Of a stretch of DNA of 24,253 nt, positions 17,098 through 24,253 are shown one piece after another. The position numbers were made by a program, and so were the translations under genes. A model generated the notes under the pieces. The model was not told where the DNA came from, did no database searches, and saw nothing but the letters and a program-made list of their open reading frames with translations. The first letter of the stretch is position 1. The number at the start of each line of letters is the position of its first letter. Location: the NCBI GenBank assembly GCA_048882385.1, contig JBHLRQ010000043.1:1-24253 (forward strand). The letters are read 5' to 3'. This stretch comes from Candidatus Thorarchaeota archaeon. Its GTDB lineage: Archaea; Asgardarchaeota; Thorarchaeia; Thorarchaeales; Thorarchaeaceae.

Positions 17098-17934
17098 TTG
17101 ACCGATCACAAGGTAGTGATTGGAGATAGCAAATACATGGATCAAGTTCCCGATTCATCAGTACACCTCGTTGTAACATCTCCCCCATATTGGAAACTCA
17201 AGGACTATGGTGATGAAGAAGGTATTGGGCAAGCATCTACTACATATGAGGAGTATCTCTCTGCAATCAATGAAGTATTTCGCGAATGCGTTAAGAAACT
17301 CATCCCTGATGGAAAACTAGTCATTAATATTATCCCTATTCTTCTTACCGGGAAGAACACTAAATTCAACCGCCGAGTTACGAAGTCAGTCTTGATTGAT
17401 CTAGAGCACTTTATGAACTCACTTGGAAACATGTACTTTCATTCATTATTCATCTGGGACAAAAGAAAATCTGCAAGATTCAGTTCTTGGGGGTCATACC
17501 CATATCCACCGAATTTACTCTCATCATTTCCATATGAGTGGATTATTGTCTTTTCAAAAGCTGGCAAGAGACCTCGAGTTGCCCCCGAAATCAAGGCTGC
17601 ATCGAAAATCAGTCATGAGGAGTTCACCAATTGGGTTCAGAATTCTATATGGGATTTTCAGCCTGCTTCTGCAAAACAAGAGCAACATCCTGCACCTTTT
17701 CCTGAGGAGCTTCCTCGAAGATGTATTCGGCTCTACTCATTCGTGGGAGACACAGTACTCGATCCTTTTGCAGGAACTGGAACAACCCTAAAGGTTGCCC
17801 GTGATCTAGGACGTAATTCGATTGGATTTGAGATTAATCCTGCATATGAACCTTTGATTCGAAAGAAACTAGGAAGTAATGATAAACATACTAAAGACTC
17901 CTTCGAATATATCATTGGAAAAAGTCAAAGCTAA
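17098..17934 (+). CDS. DNA amino-methyltransferase, beta class (N4-C/N6-A)
   Basis: VTSPPY precedes HPAPFPEEL...VLDPFAGTGTT; TTG at 17098 lies 1 nt after the upstream stop. Confidence 0.9.
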   Translation: MTDHKVVIGDSKYMDQVPDSSVHLVVTSPPYWKLKDYGDEEGIGQASTTYEEYLSAINEVFRECVKKLIPDGKLVINIIPILLTGKNTKFNRRVTKSVLIDLEHFMNSLGNMYFHSLFIWDKRKSARFSSWGSYPYPPNLLSSFPYEWIIVFSKAGKRPRVAPEIKAASKISHEEFTNWVQNSIWDFQPASAKQEQHPAPFPEELPRRCIRLYSFVGDTVLDPFAGTGTTLKVARDLGRNSIGFEINPAYEPLIRKKLGSNDKHTKDSFEYIIGKSQS

Positions 17935-18020
17935 TTAGTGTTTTAGTCAATGGTCTACTATCGTACATCGCGATCAACCAAAAGTGGGGATTCGATTTCA
18001 AATGGAGGAGTACAGAACCT

Positions 18021-19241
18021 TTGATCTATGATGTCATCGTAGTAGGAGCAGGTCCCGCTGGAACAATTGCAGCTCATAATTGCGCAGAAATGGGCTTTAA
18101 CACGCTGTTGTTGGAGAAATTCAAACTGCCACGTGAGAAACCCTGTGGTGGAGCAGTGATGTATCGAGCGCTCCGAATGGTTCATGGAAAAGTGCCTCGT
18201 AACCTAATTGAACGAAGAATTTTCGGGCTTAGGTTTCTTCTAGCCAATGGCAAAGGAGCTGAATTCATCTCTGACAAACTAATTGGGATCACGGTATTCC
18301 GTGATCGATTTGATGAATTTCTAGCAAAACGTGCAATCAGAGCTGGAGCAGATTTTCTTGAAGATGCACGTGTAGTGCATGCCTCAGTATCATCAGATTC
18401 AGCGACTGTGATGATTGCAAATGGAAGAGAGTTCAAAGGAAGATTCCTACTTGGTGCCGATGGAGTAAATTCAATTGTTAGTAGATCACTTGGGCTTAGA
18501 CCAAAAAGAAAGAATCTATTGAAAATTGGTCTTGGTATGGAAGCAGACTTCCATGTTGGAGAAGACGGTGTTCTCAAAGCAACAAATGGAAATCCATCAG
18601 TCCTTGAAATATGTCCTGTTGAAAATCGAATCAGTTATGGATGGGTTTTTCCGAAGAAAGAGCATCTGGCAATAGGAATCGCTGGGGCTGCTTTGCATAT
18701 GCAATCGCTTAGATCGGATTTTGACGAATTTTGCAGAGCAACTGAAAACCGTCTTGATATACCCCTTGAATTGGAAAAAAGAAGGACCTTTTTCATAGGT
18801 GGCGACGGTCTTGGGAGTAAAAACATTACAGAACGTGCTATACTGATTGGAGACGCCGCAGGCTTCGTAGATCCACTTATGGGTGAAGGAATCGCATATG
18901 CTATGCAATCTGGTGCCTTTGCAGCTTCAGTCATTTCCAAAGCAATCTCCCTCAACAGACACGATGAAGCAATTTTGTCTGAGTACCAAGAAAAATGTCG
19001 TGATTACTTCACATCAAACTTTACATTTGCTGGACAGGTTGGCGTACGCGCAACTCCATTCGTGGATCAACTCCTTCCCAGAATGAATGGACATAGACTT
19101 GCTGGTGATATCCTAGCAATGCTTGCCCGTGGAGAAATCGGATATTCAGACATTCCTTACACAGTTATTAGAAAACTCCCCAGAGAATTACCAACTATAA
19201 TAAAACACGTTGTTCAATCTCATATTAACACTCAACACTGA
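18021..19241 (+). CDS. Geranylgeranyl reductase family flavoprotein
   Basis: GAGPAG, KPCGG, GADG, YGWVFPK, IGDAAGFVDPLMGEGI. Confidence 0.92.
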   Translation: MIYDVIVVGAGPAGTIAAHNCAEMGFNTLLLEKFKLPREKPCGGAVMYRALRMVHGKVPRNLIERRIFGLRFLLANGKGAEFISDKLIGITVFRDRFDEFLAKRAIRAGADFLEDARVVHASVSSDSATVMIANGREFKGRFLLGADGVNSIVSRSLGLRPKRKNLLKIGLGMEADFHVGEDGVLKATNGNPSVLEICPVENRISYGWVFPKKEHLAIGIAGAALHMQSLRSDFDEFCRATENRLDIPLELEKRRTFFIGGDGLGSKNITERAILIGDAAGFVDPLMGEGIAYAMQSGAFAASVISKAISLNRHDEAILSEYQEKCRDYFTSNFTFAGQVGVRATPFVDQLLPRMNGHRLAGDILAMLARGEIGYSDIPYTVIRKLPRELPTIIKHVVQSHINTQH

Positions 19242-19279
19242 AAAGCTTCTTAGGTCCTGAATCAACTGCGTAATTAGCC

Positions 19280-20287
19280 ATGAGAGAGATAGGGATTATA
19301 CTAATCGTATTTTTGATATTCACTATGTCCATTAACTCGATGGGTCCACATCAAATCTCACATGTCCCCTCTTTCAGTGGAACTAATGCATATCAACACC
19401 TTATAGATCAATGCAACTTCGGACCTCGACCTCCTGGTTCTGAGAATCTAAGTATGTGTAGAACAATGATTTCAGACACTTTCCGAACTGCAGGATGGAA
19501 TGTTACTTTCCAAAACTTTACCTACCAAGAAGTGGAATGCGTTAACATTATTGCTACATGGGCTTCTTCGGAAGCCTCACCTCTCATACTCGGTGCCCAC
19601 TATGACACCCGCCCCAGAGCCACATCTGATCCCGATCCTGTAAATAGGTCCAAGCCAATTATAGGAGCTAATGATGGTGCAAGTGGTGTTGCTGTACTTA
19701 TGGAATTAGCTAGATCATTACCTGAATCTGTAAGATCAGCAGTAGAACTTGTTCTATTTGATGCTGAAGATTCTGGTCAAATTGATGAGTGGGACTGGAT
19801 TCAAGGAGCAACATACTATGTATCTCAGCTGAGTTCAGAACGCAAAAGCTCTATCCGTGCAATGGTCCTTGCTGATATGGTTGGTGACGAGAGTCTACGT
19901 CTACCTCGGGAGAGCAGCTCAACTAGGTCTCTTCAGAACACTATCTGGAATATTGCTAATCAATTGGGTTACAATGAAACATTTCTTGAAAACTATGGTG
20001 CTTCAATCACTGATGATCATCGACCTTTTCTGAATGCTGGAATACCTGCTGTGGATTTGATACATTATCCATTTCCTTGGTATTGGCATACTCTAGAAGA
20101 TACACCCGACAAATGTAGCTCGACAAGCCTTCAAATAGTGGGTGATGTGTTAGAAGTGTTTGTAGTGGAACAAGCCAATGATGGATCAACTTTTCCAATT
20201 GACGAATCGATGCCTCTCATCATCGCTCTTGGAGTAGCAGCTATTATCGCAACGTCATTCGTGTATTTCATACTGAAACGTAGATGA
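19280..20287 (+). CDS. Secreted, C-terminally anchored M28 peptidase / glutaminyl cyclase-like protein
   Basis: Signal peptide, GAHYDTR, GANDGASG, FDAED, DDHRPF, WHTLED, C-terminal TM helix followed by KRR. Confidence 0.88.
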   Translation: MREIGIILIVFLIFTMSINSMGPHQISHVPSFSGTNAYQHLIDQCNFGPRPPGSENLSMCRTMISDTFRTAGWNVTFQNFTYQEVECVNIIATWASSEASPLILGAHYDTRPRATSDPDPVNRSKPIIGANDGASGVAVLMELARSLPESVRSAVELVLFDAEDSGQIDEWDWIQGATYYVSQLSSERKSSIRAMVLADMVGDESLRLPRESSSTRSLQNTIWNIANQLGYNETFLENYGASITDDHRPFLNAGIPAVDLIHYPFPWYWHTLEDTPDKCSSTSLQIVGDVLEVFVVEQANDGSTFPIDESMPLIIALGVAAIIATSFVYFILKRR

Positions 20288-20354
20288 TATGCTACACACT
20301 TTTAACCAAATTTCCTTTGATTCTAATTTGATGCTTGTCTTACGGTGATTCAGA

Positions 20355-21236
20355 TTGGAAAAATCCATTGTCTTTCGACCATCTGATAGTGCTCCATCCC
20401 CCTTGACAAGTATCTCCGTATCGCCAAAGGGTCGATTAATCGCTTGTGGTACGATGGATGGACAGATCCTGCTTTTTCACTCCAAATCAGGTAAATCGAA
20501 ACGTGGTGTCATAGGTCATGATGGTTCAGTATCAGCATTATCTTTCGCAGGAAAATCCAATTCCATAGTTTCCTGTGGTTGGGATAAGACCACACGACTA
20601 TGGGACATAAAAAGCAAAGAGGATCCAATTGTGTTGAAACATGCCTCTGAAGTTAAAGCTATGGCAACCTCGGCATCATTTGGGAAAGGTGCTTCTGGAG
20701 CCCGTGATGGAGAAATAAAGGTATTCTCACTGAGTAGTCTAAAATGCATCAAAAATCTTCAGGCGCATAGGTCTGATATTTCTGGTATTGTCATCCTAGG
20801 CGAGGAAAAGAAAATGGTGACATCATCCTATGATGGAGAATGCAAAGTTTGGGATTTATCATCTTACGAGTCCATCATGACCTTGGTTGAGCAAAAATCC
20901 CGTATTAGATCTATTGCATCATCAGGTGATGGGTCATATGTGTTCCTGGGGCAACGCGATGGAACCATACTAAGAATTAGTACAGAAAATGTTGATGACA
21001 AAGTCGAAATGCTCGGACATACAGATATTGTGAGCGCAATGTCAGTCGACACCTCTGGGAAGTTTCTGGCATCAGGAAGCTGGGACACTACTTTGAGAGT
21101 CTGGTCACTGGATGATTTTCAAGAAATTGCTCTTGGAAAATTAGTCACTGGAATTGCTTCACTCGCATGGTCCACACATGAAAATGTTGTTTATTCTGCT
21201 GACTTTTCTGGTTCTGTGACATCATGGTCATTTTGA
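20355..21236 (+). CDS. WD40 repeat beta-propeller (about 7 blades)
   Basis: Repeated GH...S.(W/Y)D...(R/K)xW units such as GHTDIVSAMSVDTSGKFLASGSWDTTLRVW. Confidence 0.93.
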   Translation: MEKSIVFRPSDSAPSPLTSISVSPKGRLIACGTMDGQILLFHSKSGKSKRGVIGHDGSVSALSFAGKSNSIVSCGWDKTTRLWDIKSKEDPIVLKHASEVKAMATSASFGKGASGARDGEIKVFSLSSLKCIKNLQAHRSDISGIVILGEEKKMVTSSYDGECKVWDLSSYESIMTLVEQKSRIRSIASSGDGSYVFLGQRDGTILRISTENVDDKVEMLGHTDIVSAMSVDTSGKFLASGSWDTTLRVWSLDDFQEIALGKLVTGIASLAWSTHENVVYSADFSGSVTSWSF

Positions 21237-21812
21237 CTGTAGCGATCTTACATCAATATCTGCAAATCCCTCTCTATTCCAAGTAATCCGAATCCGCTCA
21301 TAATTCCGATTAATCTCACCTGGCTTTTCATTCCTCAATATGTCTTCGATTCTTTCTGCCAGTCGATTCCTACTTCTCTTATCAAATGGTATTCCAAGAA
21401 CACTACCATCAGGAATGAATACTATGACCGCTTGCTTCTCCAATTTGATGATGGGCTGTGAGAGAATCAGTCTACCTGGCTTGAAAAATGGAGTCTTGTC
21501 CCTCATGCTACGAACAGTCTTTGCCAATCTTCGATGGTTCGAAATTTCTACTCGAGCGGTCTTTGCAACATCCTCAAAATATTGGACTCTTTTATCGAAC
21601 TTTTCAAAAAAGGTGTCCTGTAAGACTTGAATGGTTCTGGTTGGGGATGTTAGATGCTGTCTCAGTATCTGTTTGATTGTCCAGTTCGTTGCCATTCCAT
21701 ACCTCTGTAGTTCCCCTTCGAGAATATCCTGCTTGTCTCTCGTTAATGTAACACTCAGAAGTTTCAGTATCTCAACATCCGACATGGACACCACTGTAGC
21801 TGAAATCTCCAA
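21228..21812 (-). CDS. Hypothetical protein resembling the N-terminal REC/WED half of TnpB/Cas12f, lacking RuvC
   Basis: LSVTLTRDKQDILEGELQRY..ATNW, then a helical region, KTPFFK and a beta-rich segment; family resemblance judged by eye; alternative start 21785. Confidence 0.55.
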   Translation of the reverse strand: MEISATVVSMSDVEILKLLSVTLTRDKQDILEGELQRYGMATNWTIKQILRQHLTSPTRTIQVLQDTFFEKFDKRVQYFEDVAKTARVEISNHRRLAKTVRSMRDKTPFFKPGRLILSQPIIKLEKQAVIVFIPDGSVLGIPFDKRSRNRLAERIEDILRNEKPGEINRNYERIRITWNREGFADIDVRSLQSK

Positions 21813-21832
21813 ACTCGCCTAATCAATCTAAC

Positions 21833-22864
21833 CTAAAGACGCTGTGCTATAAACCGAGCTTCGCTGATTATCCTCATTATCTCCTTTGGTAGTATATCAT
21901 AAGCTCCATGCTCTACCAATATCTCCTCATAGAACACCGGTTCACTTTCACTGAGTTGATCCATAAACGCACCATCTACGAAGCTCGAAAATTCCTTGAG
22001 TGTTATTAGTGCCCTACCCAATGAGCACGCTGCATGCCGCATTTCTAACACAGCCAGCTCATAGTCCCCTGCATATGTCAATCCTAAGGCACCATGATAC
22101 TCTCTTTGGGCTTGTGATAAGAGGCCCGTAGCAAGTAAGGCTTGCTCGTCGAGGGTTACATCACTTATTCGTAATTCAGCATTATCCAACCAATTACGTA
22201 GGTCTTTGAGTACTGCCAATAGTTTCGGCTCATTCATTCCCTTTAATTTGAACGCTCTCAAGAACAATGAATATATCATGGGATCGAGCATTCTGACCTC
22301 AGTCAAGACTTCAGCGGGTTTCAATATCAGGAAGTTATTATTCACCATTAGGATGACTCGTCCAAGATTGAATATTCCTTCACGCATCTCGAAGATTGCA
22401 CTTGGTCCTTCATCTTCCTCTGCGAATTTTTCTGCTCTGTCTAAGTATTCTAGTGCTGTGTTCTTGACCTGTGAGATTGACTCATCAGACCATACATAGT
22501 TCACAGTCTTCTTCTGCCAATCACTCACCAATCCTTTGGTGTCATGCATCACAAGGGAATTTCGTAGACGATTGATGACTTCAGATATCTTGGTGACATC
22601 CTTTGTAGCTCCATCAAATACATCTTCAACTTCCTCGACAGTCATGAAGACCATGTCCACAAGCACCTCTTTGTGTGTAGACATTAGTCTAACAGGCGCC
22701 TCATTTGCATCCCAGATGATGCAAATATCTAGGTCCGAATTTGCTGTGGCAGTTCCTCTCACATAAGACCCATACACGAAGATGCCTTTGACATTCCCAT
22801 GGTTCTTCCATTCATTCACTGTGTCTTTCAGGGCATCTGTGAAGCGTTTACGGATATCAGGCAT
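21833..22864 (-). CDS. Pol-beta superfamily nucleotidyltransferase with two HEPN-like helical domains
   Basis: YGSYVRG.....SDLD and VDM; two similar helical segments, LDRAEKFAEEDEGPSAIFEMREG and QAQREYHGAL..YAGDYELAVLEMRHA. Confidence 0.8.
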   Translation of the reverse strand: MPDIRKRFTDALKDTVNEWKNHGNVKGIFVYGSYVRGTATANSDLDICIIWDANEAPVRLMSTHKEVLVDMVFMTVEEVEDVFDGATKDVTKISEVINRLRNSLVMHDTKGLVSDWQKKTVNYVWSDESISQVKNTALEYLDRAEKFAEEDEGPSAIFEMREGIFNLGRVILMVNNNFLILKPAEVLTEVRMLDPMIYSLFLRAFKLKGMNEPKLLAVLKDLRNWLDNAELRISDVTLDEQALLATGLLSQAQREYHGALGLTYAGDYELAVLEMRHAACSLGRALITLKEFSSFVDGAFMDQLSESEPVFYEEILVEHGAYDILPKEIMRIISEARFIAQRL

Positions 22865-22989
22865 CTTTTATTTCTCCACCACTGTTCTCTACTGTGTGCA
22901 GTCAACATGCTACAAAGTGTTGGATGTCAATAAAACTATCTGATACGAGTCCCGACACTAATTAATAGTCGATTACCAATTCAACTTCT

Positions 22990-23694
22990 ATGCCCAGAAT
23001 AGATGGTAGAGCCAATGATGAGCTCAGACACGTTCAATTCACACGTAATTTTCTCAAACATCCTGAAGGCTCAGTCCTAATTGCGACGGGAGAAACTAAG
23101 GTCATCTGTACAGCAACAGTTGAAGAGGGAATTCCGGGTTGGCTAAATGGTAAGGGACAAGGCTGGGTTACTGCTGAGTATGGAATGCTACCACGCTCCA
23201 CAGATGATCGTATGAATCGATACAAAGTAAGTGGAAGAACTCAGGAAATTCAGAGGCTTATTGGGAGGTCTCTCAGAACTGCAGTAGATATGTCAAAGAT
23301 AGGTGAGAACACCATTAGGATTGATTGTGATGTCATACAAGCTGATGGAGGAACACGTACTGCATCAATCACTGGTGCATATGTTGCTCTCTGTGATGCT
23401 GTTCAGTATATGATTGACATGGACATGATTTCTGAGAGTCCTGTAACCGGTAATGTTGCAGCAGTGAGTGTTGGGATGATCAATGGTGAAATCCTTCTAG
23501 ATCTTTGCTATGTTGAGGATGCTCAAGCAGATGTGGACATGAATATAGTCATGCATAGTAACCAGTTTGTTGAGATTCAAGGAACTGCTGAAGGAGCTAC
23601 CTTTGATCGTGACACCATGAATGTGATGTTGGATTATGCTACAAAAGGAATCTCAGAACTAATTGAAGCTCAATATAAGGCGCTGTCGGTGTGA
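22990..23694 (+). CDS. rph: Ribonuclease PH (bacterial type)
   Basis: [63 protein letters not shown]. Confidence 0.95.
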   Translation: MPRIDGRANDELRHVQFTRNFLKHPEGSVLIATGETKVICTATVEEGIPGWLNGKGQGWVTAEYGMLPRSTDDRMNRYKVSGRTQEIQRLIGRSLRTAVDMSKIGENTIRIDCDVIQADGGTRTASITGAYVALCDAVQYMIDMDMISESPVTGNVAAVSVGMINGEILLDLCYVEDAQADVDMNIVMHSNQFVEIQGTAEGATFDRDTMNVMLDYATKGISELIEAQYKALSV

Positions 23695-23720
23695 TAGAGC
23701 TCAAAAATACCGCCTCTGAC

Positions 23721-23732
23721 AAAAGCTTTATA
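23721..23732 (+). promoter_or_regulatory. BRE-TATA promoter P1 of the rRNA transcript
   Basis: AAAAGC-TTTATA; a G lies at 23756, the expected start distance. Confidence 0.65.
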
Positions 23733-23755
23733 CGCAAATCTTGAAGAATAATCCT

Positions 23756-24206
23756 GCTCTCGTCGAAGAGAAGGTCTTATGCGACGTGAACGTCGTGAGG
23801 CTGTTCTGGTAACACCGGTGACGGAAATTACCCTCGACGCATAGCAAGCTTTAAATCGCCGTCAAATTAGGCTGGCGGAGCACTCGCTGGAACAGTGAAG
23901 TGCTAGCGTTAGGTCCGGAGTTCAGATGTCTTCGAACACTGAACAAAGGTTCATCGGGACCAGGCCATGAGATTGGTGCCATTCCCGATGGAGGACCGTC
24001 AACGTAGATGACTCGGTGAAATGTGTCATGGAGAGTCTGATGCGTGGACTGCAGAGGATGGAGGTACACTGATTCAAAAGAATTGTAGGATATACCAAAA
24101 TTTAGGATATTAAGTTACTACAACAACTCCTTGGCATGATTAGAGATAATCATGTTCACATTATTGTGGACAACAGGTAATACTGTGTCAACACATGAGT
24201 AGATTT
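23756..24206 (+). ncRNA. Structured 5' leader (pre-rRNA spacer) of the 23S rRNA gene
   Basis: No credible ORF; hairpins 23879-84/23899-904, 23920-25/23939-44, 23952-59/23983-90, and 24135-42/24147-54 with a GAGA loop. Confidence 0.65.
23844..23855 (+). promoter_or_regulatory. Possible second BRE-TATA promoter P2
   Basis: GCAAGC-TTTAAA, same AAGCTTTA core as P1. Confidence 0.5.
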
Positions 24207-24253
24207 GCGATTCGCTAAACGGTCAGTGGTGGATGACTTGGTTGGTTAGCCGA
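24207..24253 (+). rRNA. rrl: 23S rRNA gene, 5' end (truncated by the window)
   Basis: GGTGGATGACTTGG....AGCCGA matches the conserved LSU 5' motif GGUGGAUGnCUnGG...GCCGA; exact start is approximate. Confidence 0.8.

Noticed and set aside
681-23225. Numerous short antisense or nested ORFs within the long genes
   Set aside because: Fully overlap well-supported CDSs and lack motifs
23756-24000. RNase P or SRP RNA in the pre-23S region (GAGAAGGTC, GGTAAC, AGCAAG, CCAGGCC fragments)
   Set aside because: No complete P4 pairing or ACAGAA..GCUUA for RNase P, and no GGAA loop or AGCA strand for SRP helix 8
23851-24069. 72-aa minus-strand ORF
   Set aside because: Antisense to the structured rRNA leader and not protein-like

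Overview
Archaeal chromosomal window; an Asgard/Thorarchaeia-like origin is inferred from gene content (archaeoflavoprotein, Mer-like LLM pair, geranylgeranyl reductase, stand-alone WD40, duplicated Lrp-type regulators) and was not checked against a database. It holds mostly housekeeping and metabolic genes: ferritin-like protein, serS, GT4, nth, MFS, Mig-type glycosylase, GNATs, nucleoside phosphorylase, two orphan amino-methyltransferases, GGR, M28 peptidase, WD40, a nucleotidyltransferase and a bacterial-type RNase PH. It ends in a structured leader and the first ~45 nt of a 23S rRNA gene with no 16S upstream. The most unusual part is 5340-9239. There, a minus-strand unit of structured RNA elements and several SD-led micro-ORFs lies upstream of an MFS gene. 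It is divergent, across a palindromic site, from two genes that each encode a double HTH-RAM (Lrp-like) regulator. A 194-aa ORF at 21228-21812 resembles the REC/WED half of TnpB/Cas12f without RuvC. All calls come from manual reading of motifs and base pairing.
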